This document shows, in pieces, positions 1 through 12,159 of a DNA stretch of 64,000 bases. A program made the translations under genes and the position numbers. The stretch is from Eledone cirrhosa. Its lineage: Eukaryota. Under the pieces are notes generated by a model. The model was not told the origin of the DNA. It saw nothing but the letters and a program-made list of their open reading frames with translations, and did not search any database. Position 1 is the stretch's first letter. The number at the start of each line of letters is the position of its first letter. Location of the stretch: assembly GCA_964016885.1 (NCBI GenBank), contig OZ024758.1, positions 28,954,001 through 29,018,000 of the forward strand. Reading direction: 5' to 3'.

Positions 1-570
1 ACTGCATCCTTTAAAACCTCCATGGAACAAACTACCTGCATCAGTTGTTAGCTGTCGAGACACTGCATCCTTTAAAACCTCCATGGAACAAACTGCTTGC
101 ATCAGTTATTAGCTGTCAGGACACTGCATCCTTTAAAACCTCCATGGAACAAACTACCTGCATCAGTTGTTAGCTGTCGGGACACTGCATCCTTTAAAAC
201 CTCCATGGAACAAACTACCTGCATCAGTTGTTAGCTGTCGGGACACTGCATCCTTTAAAACCTCCATGGAACAAACTACCTGCATCAGTTGTTAGCTGTC
301 GAGACACTGCATCCTTTAAAACCTTCATGGAACAAACTACCTGCATTGGTTGTTAGCTGTCAAGACACTGCAACCTTTAAAACCTCCATGGAACAAACTC
401 CCTGCATCAGTTGTTAGCTGTTGGGACACTGCATCCTTTAAAACCTCCATGGAACAAACTCCCTGCATCAGTTGTTAGCTGTCAAGACACTGCATCCTTT
501 AAAACCCCCATGGAACAAACTCCCTGCATCAGTTGTTAACTGTTGGGACACTGCATCCTTTAAAACTTTC
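1..570 (+). repeat. 61-bp tandem array (9 full units + partial, runs off window start) from the 3' ORF end of a CR1/L2-type LINE
   Basis: ACTGCA(T/A)CCTTTAAAAC starts at 1, 62, 123 ... 550. The unit reads WNKLPASVVSCRDTASFKT, a LINE RT C-terminal WN.LP motif. Confidence 0.95.
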
Positions 571-742
571 ATGTTTCCCGAAATTCCCCAACACTACACC
601 TGATATTCCGCCTCCATACACATGCACGCATGTATGTGTGTATATCCCGACTCATACACTGCACATTATTCTATGTACCATACATACACCTTTGATAAGT
701 TGTAGTGCACCTCTGCACTGTACACAATTTCATTATTATTAC
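550..742 (+). mobile_element. 3' end/UTR of CR1/L2-type LINE with (ATT)n tail
   Basis: Aligns by eye to the reverse complement of 35790-36000; ends CATTATTATTAC. Confidence 0.8.
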
Positions 743-829
743 TTCAAAAGTTGGGTAATACATGAAATGAAGTAATTAACATATATACTTATCATCATCA
801 TTTTATGTCCGGTTTGTCCTGCTTGTATA

Positions 830-1195
830 TATGACAACTTTGATGGTAAAATGGAGGTCAGCTTATATTTGAGGTCAATATTTCGCTTTGGAGGTGAAAT
901 TTCTAAAGTTTTTGATGTTTTGAAAGAATATGGCCCTCAAAACTGTTGGAAATTGGTAAAAAAGTTGTTACATAATGATGTTGTGAAACAAAAACTATAC
1001 TCTAAATGACACTTAAAACATTTTAAATATCAAAATATTAAAACTTCATAAATATATTCTCTACTCATGAGAATTTTAAAACCAAGCCATTAAACGTGCT
1101 GATCACCTGCCTCAGCTTATAAATGGGGTTCGGAGGTTTGTCCGTTTCTCAGACAGAAAATAAGGGGGTTTGCTTATATCTGAGTATATACAGTA
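830..1195. mobile_element. Decayed Tc1/mariner-pogo-type MITE
   Basis: Ends GCTTATATCTGAGTATATACAGTA; a related end GCTTATATTCGAGTATATACAGTA lies at ~41270-41294. Confidence 0.45.
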
Positions 1196-2087
1196 AGTTC
1201 AACCTATAACAAAAGAAAACCATAAAATTTAGCAGTGTTTTCGAAAGTGTAGAGGAAAGTATTTTACCGGGCTTGTACAGTGTCTAAGCCAGTATAGAAA
1301 TGTGAAGTCGTCCATAATGAGTAAATATAACGTAACTGGAAGATTGTTGTACATTAACAGTTTGAAAGAAACAACACTTGAAAATTCATTACATATGTTA
1401 ATATTTTGATAACTGCTGAGCTGATTTTCTTGAATTCGTTTGTATACCCTTCTTCCCATATCCCTCGTGCATTTGTTATTTATTAAAGGGGTATAAAGGG
1501 ATAATCTAAAAACATTTTTCAGGTTGGATACTCTTGTAATTTGAGGAAGTTATGAACATGTATTGTGGCATTAGGTGGGAAATTAGCAGAGCCATTAAAA
1601 TGTTGGTTAGAATGCTTTGCATTCTGCACTCTAAGTTCAAATCCCGTTAGGATCAACTTTGCCTTTTATCCATTCAAGGTTGATAAAGTATTAGTCTAGT
1701 ACTGGGGGGTGATTCTTCCTCTCTATCTCTTTCTCACTTGCTTTCTATCATCCTCTCTCTCTCCTTCTCTGGAGGACATCAACTGTGTTCAGGTCTGAAC
1801 TATGATGGGCTCTGCCAGGTTTAGAAGTTTAGAATGCCCAAGAAATGTCATGTTATTATTGTGTCCCTATGACTCCATCAGGAGTTACAAGTCCATACAT
1901 ACATTGTGGTTTTAGTCATTTTATAGAGCTTTCATTTTTCTTCTCATTCTAATCTGAACTCGGAGAACTATGAGGCATTTCACCAAGTACAATAAAGATT
2001 TCTCCACTGAAAGAAATATCTACACCAATCTTATAAGATTGTTGTAGAAAAAATAGTTTAACTTTCAACAAAATTAATTACTATATA

Positions 2088-2484
2088 TCATCATCATCAT
2101 CATCATCATCATTTTACGTCCACTTTTCCCTGCTTGCAAGGGTGGGACGGGAACTGATTCTGACTTGATTTCTACAGCTGTATGCCCTTCCTAACACCAA
2201 CCTCATTTACAGTGAGTGCTGGGTGCTTTTTTTTCCATGGCGCCTATACGTCCACTTTAGTGTGGGCTGGGTGCTTTTTTTTGCTGTGGCACCTCCACAA
2301 CCACTTTGCAGTGGAATGATAGGAACTCCAGTCCCTATCATCTCATTTCTACAGCTGAGTAAACTGGAGCAATGTGAAATAAAGTGTTTTGCTCAAGGAA
2401 ACAACACATCACCTGGTCTGAGAATTGAACTCACAACCTTTTGATTGCAAGGCCAATGCTCTAACCACTAAGCCATGTGCCTCT
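2088..2484 (-). mobile_element. tRNA-derived SINE family B (tRNA head, CORE/V-like middle, RTE-derived tail, (GAT)n end)
   Basis: Minus strand has A box TGGCTTAGTGG, B box GAGTTCAATTC and a (GAT)n tail; closely similar to 18528-18862, 21320-21672, 46284-46605, 55626-56024. Confidence 0.9.
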
Positions 2485-2782
2485 ATATATATATATATAA
2501 TAATAATAGTGAGTAAAATCAAAGTTGCAGCTGTGATTAGCATTTTTCAAAATCAATCTTCAGAAGCTGGCACGAAGCACTGAATGAGATGATATTGATG
2601 AATCAATAAATTATAGCTCAGAGTAATAACGATATGTGAGGGGTGTGATACAGTGAAAACTACAGCCGGAGAGATTTTAACACAAAAGCCACCACAACAA
2701 CGAAAATACAAAAAGGTTAAAAAAAATATATATATATATATATATCAAAATGAAAATCCGAAGGCAAGGTAAAATTTCCAAT

Positions 2783-2869
2783 CATTTTAATCACGACACA
2801 TGTTTCAATAAGAGATAGATCGATCGTGAAGCCATGATCAATTATCACTGATCTCATCAGGTGAAAATG
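2783..2869 (-). ncRNA. Type I hammerhead ribozyme motif, long stem II
   Basis: CATTTTCAC-CTGATGA-[~50 nt stem II]-GAAAC-ATGT-GTC-GTGATTAAAATG; stem I pairs CAC/GTG and CATTTT/AAAATG. Confidence 0.75.
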
Positions 2870-2901
2870 AATTGTCTTCAAATTCTTGATATGAGGGAGA
2901 A

Positions 2902-3069
2902 AATTAGCAATGTTCACTCACAGAGTGCTAATTAGCAATGTTCACTCACAGAGTGCTAATTAGCAATGTTCACTCACAGAGTGCTAATTAGCAATGTTCA
3001 CTCACAGAGTGCTAATTAGCAATGTTCACTCACAGAGTGCTAATTAGCAATGTTCACTCACAGAGTGCT
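2902..3069. repeat. 28-bp tandem repeat x6 forming the loop of the inverted repeat
   Basis: AATTAGCAATGTTCACTCACAGAGTGCT, six identical copies. Confidence 0.97.
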
Positions 3070-3105
3070 AATTTTCTCCCTCATATCAAGAATTTGAAGA
3101 CAATT

Positions 3106-3193
3106 CATTTTCACCTGACGAGATCAGTGATAATCGATCCATGGCTTCACGATCGATCTATCTCTTATTGAAACATGTGTCGGGATTAAAATG
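3106..3193 (+). ncRNA. Type I hammerhead ribozyme motif (mirror copy)
   Basis: CTGACGA at 3115-3121 and GAAAC-ATGT-GTC at 3170-3181; stem II contains ATCGATC/GATCGAT; one stem I mismatch. Confidence 0.7.
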
Positions 3194-3370
3194 ATTGGAA
3201 ATTTTACCTTGCCTTCAGATTTTCATTCTGATACTAATACTCCGTTTTACATCATCTAGCTGTTCCCTTGAATGGAATTGGAGATATACAAAAGCGTGGA
3301 GAACTTAATATTGCTAACAAAAATTGATTGGACCGTTTTACACAACCAATAATACACCTTACTCTATAAC

Positions 3371-3404
<34 letters not shown>

Positions 3405-3405
<1 letters not shown>

Positions 3406-4631
3406 CAATGGCCGAGCTAGAGAAGAAATTCCAAACATGGAAGCACGGCCTAGAGTCAAAAGGACTTAAAATTAACCTGGCTAAGACCAAAGTACTAGTT
3501 TGTAGGAAAGAAAACAAGGCGGCGGTCCCTTCTGGGAAATGGTCGTGCTCGGTGTGTAGGAAAGGCGTAGTAGAAACTCCATTTTATGTCCTAAATGCAA
3601 AGTATGGGTGCATAAAAGATGTAGTGGGATCACAGGTAAGCTAACTAAGAACATAGATTTTACATGTGGCCGGTGCTCTGGTGCAATAAGTAGCAGCAAG
3701 TGCCCACAAAATACTAGCTCTTTCAATTGCGCAGAGGGTTCTATAGAAATAGTGGACAGCTTCCAGTTACCTGGGCGATAAAATCAGCAGTGGGGGAGGG
3801 TGCTCTGAAAGTACTGTAGCTAGAGTCAGAACTGGTTGGAAAAAGTTCAGAGAGCTTATACCACTATTAGCTGCTAAAGGGTTCTCACTAAAAATGAAAG
3901 GCAGGTTGTACGATGCCTGCATACGAACAGCAATGCTGCATGGCAGTGAGACCTGGGCATTGTGTGCAGAGGATATACGCAGACTAGAGAGGAACGAAGC
4001 TTGCATGCTCCGCTGGATGTGCAATAGTAATATACGTGAACGGCAAAGCATAAACGAACTAAGGAAAAAATTAGAGATAAGAGGGATCAGATGTTGTTTA
4101 CTCGAGAGAAGGCTACGTTGGTATGGACACGTGAGGCGCATGAAAGTCGATAGCTGTATAACAAAGTGCAGGGCAATAAAGATAGACCGGTAGCCACGGA
4201 ATAGGCAGACCTAGAAAAACCTGGGACGAGCTGATAAACTCCGACCTCACACACTTACACCTCTCCAAGACAATGTCACTGGACCGAGACCTTTGGCGGT
4301 ACTCAGTAACAGAGAAGACCCGCCTTACCTAAATATATAGTAAAACCTACTCCAGCCAGTAGGCATCTCTAACAAAATACACCCCGTCCCACCACCACCA
4401 CCCCCACCCCATCCACACCACCCCGTTCTATGTAAAGTTATGTTGGTGCCGCGCCATCGAGGCCGAAACAAATGAGATCGTGTAGGTGTCACGACAAAAA
4501 AACACACAGTCCACGCTGTAATGTGGCCGTGTAGGCAACACGGTAAAAACCTCCCAGACCCACACTGTAAATGTGGTGGTGTTAGGAAGGGCATCCAACT
4601 GTAGAAATCCTGCCAGACAGTCCTATGCGAG
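3405..4631 (+). mobile_element. 5'-truncated RTE-clade LINE: RT C-terminus with inserted PHD finger, frameshifted, plus 3' UTR
   Basis: GLKINLAKTKVL, C4HC3 finger, YLGD..ARVRTGWKKF, MLHGSETW, RRLRWYGHV, GRPRKTW; frameshifts near 3569 and 3765; starts at a (TA)n tract. Confidence 0.92.
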
Positions 4632-4831
4632 NNNNNNNNNNNNNNNNNNNNNNNNNNNNNNNNNNNNNNNNNNNNNNNNNNNNNNNNNNNNNNNNNNNNN
4701 NNNNNNNNNNNNNNNNNNNNNNNNNNNNNNNNNNNNNNNNNNNNNNNNNNNNNNNNNNNNNNNNNNNNNNNNNNNNNNNNNNNNNNNNNNNNNNNNNNNN
4801 NNNNNNNNNNNNNNNNNNNNNNNNNNNNNNN
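4632..4831. other. Assembly gap (200 N)
   Basis: Run of N. Confidence 1.
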
Positions 4832-5575
4832 CAACCACATTTACAGTGTGGGACTGCGAGGTTTTACCGTGTTGCCTACACGGCCACATTACAGCGTGGA
4901 CTGTCTGGCGTGTTTTCTACAGCTGGATGCCCTTCCTAATACCAACCACATTTACAGTGTGGGACTGCGAGGTTTTTACCGTGTTGCCTACGGCCACATT
5001 ACAGCGTGGACTGTCTGGCGTGTTTTCTACAGCTGGATGCCCTTCCTAATACCAACCACATTTACAGTGTGGGACTGCGAGGTTTTTACTGTGTTGCCTA
5101 CACGGCCACATTACAGCGTGGACTGTCTGGCGTGTTTTCTACAGCTGGATGCCCTTCCTAACACCAACCACATTTACAGTGTGGGACTGTGAGGTTTTTA
5201 CCGTGTTGCCTACACGGCCACATTACAGCGTGGACTGTCTGGCGGGTTTTCTACAGCTGGATGCCCTTCCTAACACCAACCACATTTACAGTGTGGGACT
5301 GTGAGGTTTTTACCGTGTTGCCTACACGGCCACATTACAGCGTGGACTGTCTGGCGTGTTTTCTACAGCTGGATGCCCTTCCTAATACCAACCACATTTA
5401 CAGTGTGGGACTGCGAGGTTTTTACTGTGTTGCCTACACGGCCACATTACAGCGTGGACTGTCTGGCGTGTTTTCTACAGCTGGATGCCCTTCCTAACAC
5501 CAACCACATTTACAGTGTGGGACTGTGAGGTTTTTACCGTGTTGCCTACACGGTCACATTACAGCGTGGACTGTG
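4832..5575 (-). repeat. ~112-bp tandem array (>=6.6 units) from the RTE 3' UTR
   Basis: CAACCACATTTACAG at 4832, 4943, 5053, 5165, 5277, 5389, 5501; junction at GGACTGT microhomology. Confidence 0.95.
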
Positions 5576-5843
5576 TGTTTTTTTTGTCGTGACACCTACA
5601 CGATCTCGTTTGTTTCGGCCTGGATGTTTTGGCACCAACATAACTTTGCATTGAAGGGGGCGGTGTGGATGGGGTGGGACGGGGGTGTATTTTGTTAGAG
5701 ATGCCTACTGACTAGTAGGTTTTACTTTGTATTTAGGTGAGGCGGGTCTTCTCTGTTACTGAGTATCGCCAAAGGTCTCGGTCCAGTGACATTGTCTTGG
5801 AGAGGTGTAAGTGTGTGAGGTCAGAATTTATCAGCTCGTCCCA
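5500..5843 (-). mobile_element. Second RTE 3' fragment, tail-to-tail with the first
   Basis: Reverse complement matches 4221-4580 (WDELINSDLTHLHLSKTMSLDRDLWRYSVTEKTRLT) with scattered substitutions. Confidence 0.9.
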
Positions 5844-7352
5844 GATATAGAGTAATGCTAAAGGGTTAATGCCTGCTTTCCCTGCTAGCAAGAGTTGGAC
5901 ATAGTTAAGCTTATAAATGAAAGTAGATGACAGAATTGGTATAGTGCTGCCTAAAATTGATTTCAGCATTATTGAAAGGCCTGTGTAGGTTATTGACACA
6001 ACCCTCGTATAGACTGATATTAAAAAAAGTATTTTGTTGTTAAGTTGGTCTAAATTTACAAACCACTGTGGTTTACTTTGCCTTTCATCTTTTTGGAATT
6101 CATAAAATAAATCCCAGTCAAGTACTGGTATTGGTTTAATGAATTAGATTTAGCTCCAAAGTTAGAAATCAATACTGTTAATACTTTATAACAATCAACA
6201 CATTTTTGCCTATTTAATAAAGTTATTCATTCATCAAGTTTATCAAAATATTGCTTCCATTTTGTTGTTGCAGCCCTTGATGAAATGCTAAACTTACAAA
6301 TTTCTCGATCTTCACAGTTGACTTAACGAGCATGATTTGCTATTAACCAGGCAAAGATATCTGCAGCTTTTTGTTTGTGTTTAACTCAACATCCTGTATC
6401 ACATGAAATTACATTAGCAAGACACCCTCAAACTGTAAAACAGCACTATGACTGAAGTTCATTAATACTCTTAAAGTCTTTACTTCAGTTTACTGAAAAG
6501 TTTTACAATAATCTGTCCACTAGTAAAGAGACTATTAACATTTGAATTAACAAACCTGTTTTTAGGAATGTTCTGTTAAATCATTACCAGATGTTATGAG
6601 TTAAATTAGAATATATATTCAACTTTGATATTGGTTAGTATACTTCTCAAACAGGAAGTTAACAACTTAGTCTCCTTGCGTCGTAATAAAACCTAACTGC
6701 TACACATCTTACTTAAACAAGCTCTCTAACACTTCATCCTATCATCAGGTTTAACACTCCTTAGACAAAGGCTTACTTTGTCTGACAAGGAAGCCATACA
6801 TACACACAGTTTCACAAAGGCTGGGTTTCCTATTGAAAACTAAGCAGAACTTCAAAAGCTGTTTATTTTTAATAACATGCAATTAGGTTTTACACTGATG
6901 TTGCTTGTGCATCAGGGATAGCCTACATAGAAGGGATCTCCAACAGTGTAGATGAGTGTCTGTTACTCTATCAATGGAACAGCCTACCCTTGAAATTAAG
7001 GTGTAAGTGACTGAGCATTCCACAGACACATATGTCTCCTTACTGTAATTATCAGAGAAATTCAGCATCAGTTGGTCCTCTGAATTATAGGTACAGTTCA
7101 TCTAACAGGCTTCCAAACAATTCCCTTCTACCCAAATGTAGTTACAATGCTTGGGTCAACCTGAGGCTATAGTAAATGACACTTGCCTCAAGATGTCACA
7201 CTGTAGGATCAAACCTGGGACCTAACAAGTGTGAAGTGAATTCTTTAACCATTTCACCATACTGCATCCACATACACATCCATGCAGACACATATTCTTA
7301 ATTACATTGATTAAAAAATAATCCATCTGAGATAGTCAAACCTTTTGTTAAC

Positions 7353-7533
7353 ACACTGTAAAGTGGTCGTGTTGGTGACATGACAAAAAGTGTCTAGTCA
7401 ACACTGTAAAGTGGCCGTGTTGGTGACATGACAAAAAGTGCCCAGCCCACACTGTAAAGTTGTCGTGTTGGTGACATGACAAAAAGCACCCAGTCCACAC
7501 TGTAAAGTGGTTGTGTTGGTGACATGACAAAAA
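7353..7533 (+). repeat. 48-bp repeat x~4, same unit family as the 53.3-54.8 kb array
   Basis: ACACTGTAAAGT at 7353, 7401, 7449, 7497. Confidence 0.9.
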
Positions 7534-7974
7534 GTCAAGTCTTTTACTATAGACTTAGACCAGTCAATGCTTTATGAGGAAATTTTGGATAAAATGTTTA
7601 TATAATTGATTATCATTTTTTAAATAAAATACACTCTAATTAAATTAATTTATGAACGACTTAATAAAGTTATTTCATTACAAAGATAGTAACTTAACAT
7701 AGTTCTTATGTTAGATGTTAATCTAAATAGGAACCCTTTAAAATGGGTAGTTTGGTTTCATCAAACCCAAGCGAGTTTTGGTCTGGTTGGGTTGGTATCA
7801 AAAGGGTTAAAATTGATGGGTTGATGGTTAGTACAAGGAACATTTGGGTTTGGGTGAAATTTAAAAGGTGTAGAGTTCTTTAAAGGAATGGTTTCTTTGT
7901 GTTCTTCAATTCAGAAACATAAAAGGGGAAATTGTATAGAGCAATATTTTAGTAATCTGTAATAATTTCATGTT

Positions 7975-8312
7975 TTGTGTGTGTGTGTAGGTGTCTGTGT
8001 TTCTGCATGTGTGTGTTAGTGCGTGTGTGTGGATGTATGTCTGCATGTATCTGTATGTATGTGTGTGTACGTGCAACTGTGTGTGTGTGTGTATGTGCAA
8101 CTGTGTGTGTGTGTCTGTGCAACTGTGTGTGTGTACATGCAACTGTGTGTGTGTGTACATGCAACTGTGTATGTGTGTACATGCAACTGTGTGTGTACGT
8201 GCAACTGCGTGTATGTGTGTACGTGCAACTGCGTGTATGTGTGTACGTGCAACTGCGTGTGTGTGTGTACGTGCAACTGTGTGTGTGTGTGTGTAACTGT
8301 GTATATGTATGT
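7975..8312. repeat. Complex (TG)n microsatellite with periodic GCAAC anchors
   Basis: Repeated TGCAACTG(TG)nTAC units of 22-26 bp. Confidence 0.95.
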
Positions 8313-8704
8313 GCCCCATCAATAGTTGATTATACAACCTCATTACTGATGACTATCCTCCTTCACCATTCCACCATTCCACGGTTGTCATGGGTTGATG
8401 GCATGATATATTTTGAATTCCATATTCAAGTAACCTCATTATATTCTACTGACTTCCTATTGTCATTAGTACCATACTTTATCCCACTCCAACATTACAT
8501 CACAAAAATATAAATATATTTTATAGTTACACAAAAGATTTCATGTTTTGTTTCTCTTAGAATGTTTTTTATTTATCATACAATTTGTTTTATTTGTTTT
8601 CATGCTCTTTTGTTTGGTAGTTTTTTTTTGTGTGTTTTTTGTCTACTTTTGTTTATTGTAGCCACTCTCTTCAGTTTCTAGTAATTCTCCTTTAACCCCT
8701 TTAA

Positions 8705-8925
8705 CCCTTCAGCATTTACATTACTCTATATATACTATTGTATTTTGGTAGTAAACACTTTATCTTAGATAATTATCTCACATAATATCGAATCTATGAG
8801 ATTTTGATGTTATTTATCTTGAGAATAATACCTTAACTTCAGTATGAGTGGCCAGTTACAGCTGATTTGAACAGAAAGAGGTGAAACATTTCTGGCCGGA
8901 TTTGGCCGGTTTGAATGCTAAAGGG
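8705..8925. mobile_element. TTAA-flanked MITE family 1 (piggyBac-like, TIR CCCTTTAGCATT)
   Basis: TTAA-CCCTTCAGCATT...AATGCTAAAGGG-TTAA; more than ten related copies in the window. Confidence 0.85.
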
Positions 8926-10145
8926 TTAATACCAGCCTGCTTGTGATCACCCCTGATTCTATGATACAAAACTGTCCATTTTGAAACTATTTTAATTAAC
9001 CTGGCTGTATCCGGCCTGAATTCTCTCACCTCTTTCTGTTCAAACCGGCCACAATCTGCTGCTCATACTGATGTTAAGGTATTGTTTTCAAAATAAATAT
9101 CCAAATCTCATAGATTCAATATTATGAGAGAGAAAGACTTTACCGTGAAAATACAATAGTAAATTTAAACCTGGACTCAAAATTTTATGTAAGAACCTTT
9201 TATTATGTTATGTTCTTAATAGCAGCAGTGTAATGAAAAAATTTATTTTGCTAAAATTTCTAAAAATTCTTGATTAATTAAAAAATAATTGAATCATTAT
9301 TTTTTCAGAAATATGATCACAAAAGGTTTAAGAACAAGGTATTGTAAAGAATATTGGTTATATGAAAGTTAGATCTTTGTGTTTAGAAATTACAGTCAGT
9401 GTTTTGCCCTGGGCAACCCTGGCATCCACAGTTAAAATGCCTTTATGGTCAATGGTATTCCAGCCATGACCACCATGTGTGTTTATAGATGTATAAAACT
9501 ACATTATCTAATGTTTCCTTTCCTTATTTATGCATGGCAAGTGACGATGCTTCTGCATTAAAGATCCCTCATTACATTTATAGGCTCAAGCACAGCTCTT
9601 TGGTGAAGAAGTTTGCTTTGTACCTTCTTGGTTCTGGGTTTAGTCACATTCCTCATTGTTGGGCAAGTGCCTTCTTGAATTGTCTAATACAGTCTGAGTA
9701 AATGTTGGTATACAAGTACCAGACAGAAACAAGTAATGGGGTTGACATGAAGGTGGTGTCCAGCTAAAGAAAATATAATTTTGATGGTTAATTTTTTTTC
9801 TTTAGATAGCAAGAAAATACGAAAGAATGTAGTTCTATATTTATATTATTTCTTGGTCTATCTCTTAAGGACTATCTCTTCTTGTACATATCAATGAAGT
9901 TATTTATAAATTATTGTTGATACAGCGGTTCCTTATTAAATATTGAACAAATAAGCTTTCTTTTAACCTAGAGGTTAATCATAGCATGTGTTCCTAAAGT
10001 TTGGTTCACATTTTCTCTAAGTCATGGGGGAAATATTTTTTGTATTTTTTACACTTTAACAAGCTGTTAGTGTGTAAATCACTTGAATGAATGATTAGGT
10101 TTATTTAGTTTTGTACCAATCCCATTAGTTATCATCATCATTGTT

Positions 10146-10238
10146 CAGGGGCAATGGAACTGAGGAATCAGGAGGGTGGCAAATTGACCAAATTTTCCCC
10201 CAACCCCCATCAATTCTAAAATGCTTCCACTGCCCCTG
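10146..10238. mobile_element. Short MITE with CAGGGGCA.TGGAA TIRs
   Basis: CAGGGGCAATGGAA ... TTCCACTGCCCCTG; no clear TSD. Confidence 0.55.
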
Positions 10239-10947
10239 ATGCTATCAGTTTTATGTTTGCTGCTCCTGTCTCAAACTATCATTCACCTGATTAAGATCAG
10301 TGATCAGAGATCAGTTTCCAGGGCCCACCACAGGAAGAAATTTTATGTTTATTCTTCCATGCTTGTATAAGTTGGTCACAAATTCTTGACACAGAATTTT
10401 CAGTTAGATGCTTTTGCCAATGCTAAGCCTAGCTTCTTTTTTAAAAAGTAAGGTACACATTCATTGAATGTCTAACTACCATGCAGCAAAATCTGTTTAC
10501 ACTGAACACAAATCAATATCACAGCCTGTGATATCGAATATATGCATGCACGTGGACGCACAAGTTTATTTACCAAATTCACTCATAAGGATTTGGTTGG
10601 TTTCAGGCAACAGTAGAAGTCAGTCTGTCCATGGTGCCATGTGGTAGGATAGAACCGAAGACCACATGGTTGTGAAGTGAATAACTTAAACCATACAACC
10701 ATGCCTGCATCATTGATTTTTGTATTTATACTTTTAGAGTCAATAACATAAGCAGTACTTACAAGCTGTGGTCAATCAATTATATATTTCATCGATGTGT
10801 TACAGCAGAGATAAACTCTGTATTTACTGTAGAGGAAAACTAGAGGACCAATACAACTGTCAAGTTCTGAATCTTGGTTATAGATGTTACACTTCACACT
10901 TGTTAGTACCATATATTAAATTTCTCCAGCTACACTCTCAGGTTTAA

Positions 10948-11154
10948 CCTTTTAGCATTTAAACTGGCTATATCCAACCAGAATTCTCTCACCTCTTTCT
11001 ATTCAAACTGGCCATAACTGGCTGCTCATACTTATGTTAAGGTATTGTTCTCTAAATAAATAATATCAAAAATCATAGATTCGATATTATGTGAGATAAA
11101 GCCTTTACCATGAAAATACAATAGTAAATATAGAGTAATGTAAATGCTAAAGGG
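10948..11154. mobile_element. TTAA MITE family 1
   Basis: TIRs and TTAA on both sides. Confidence 0.85.
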
Positions 11155-12159
11155 TTAAAATGTATATATCAACTGCAGGTTTTATGCTCTCCTTTCATAT
11201 TGTCAGAGCTAGGATTGGTTGAAATGGTTAGTCAGTTTTTTATTTGGAGTTAATGCTCCCTTAAATTGATCAAAGGACCACATCTCACTTGTATGTTTAA
11301 TTTTTGGCATGGTTTCTATGGTTAGATGTCCTTGATAACACCACACCACATTTTAGAGTGTACTAAGTACATGTTGTCATGACTTCGGCAAGACTAAATC
11401 AGTCTCTCTACTCTACCATTGATATTTATTATTCTACTGGTTAGTGTCATGTACAGTATGTTCGCTTTTTATGTGGAGAAGCGTTCATGAACACGGCGCG
11501 TAAAGCAAATTTGCATAATTCAAGTCTAATTTTCTGATAAATAAAAAACCACACGCATTATGGCGCGTTTTTCGTGCAAAGTGAATATTTAATAATATTT
11601 TTTCAAGAGACACTAAAGCAAATTCGCGTAATTCAATTCATGTAAAAAACGAAGAGAATGTATTTGTTTTTGTTGGTTAACAAGAGCTGTCTGAGTGATA
11701 CCATATGACATAGGAACACTAAGGCCGGTCGTAAGCCTTTTGCCTCTCCATATTTTCCTTTCTGGGATAGAACCTGTGGATATCTCTATTAAAATGTCTA
11801 GCATCTTGGAAGTTTTGAAATCTGAGTTAGTTTCTTATATAGTTTATTTAAGTGCCCCATTCTGGGAAATCTCACCTTATAATGACTACTCTTTTAAGAT
11901 ATTTAAAGTGAATGCCAGCCAAAATAAGCTATACTTAGCATCAAAATGTTCTTTTTTTCATATACTGAACCTTTTTTTCTTCTTTGCTTTCTTCATATCT
12001 GTGTCGCTAAATGTCAAATTAAAGGACAGTGTACAAGTTTCTATTTACTAATCTTATACATCTTCCATAAAATATTATATCAACATTACTCTAAAATGCA
12101 TGACTCAAAATGTAAGATAACGTTAGGGAGAAATTATCATTTAAAAATAGAATGCTATT

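Larger units (their letters stand above)
2743..3373. mobile_element. Penelope-like pLTR/retrozyme-like end as a divergent inverted repeat (arms ~165 bp), flanked by (TA)n
   Basis: 2743-2909 is the reverse complement of ~3066-3233. Each arm carries a hammerhead motif; the right arm continues to 3373 before (TA)n. Confidence 0.7.

Noticed and set aside
2902-3069. CRISPR array
   Set aside because: No unique spacers, no cas genes, eukaryotic context. The same applies to all other arrays.
4325-5049. ORFs spanning X runs
   Set aside because: Artefacts of the N gap.
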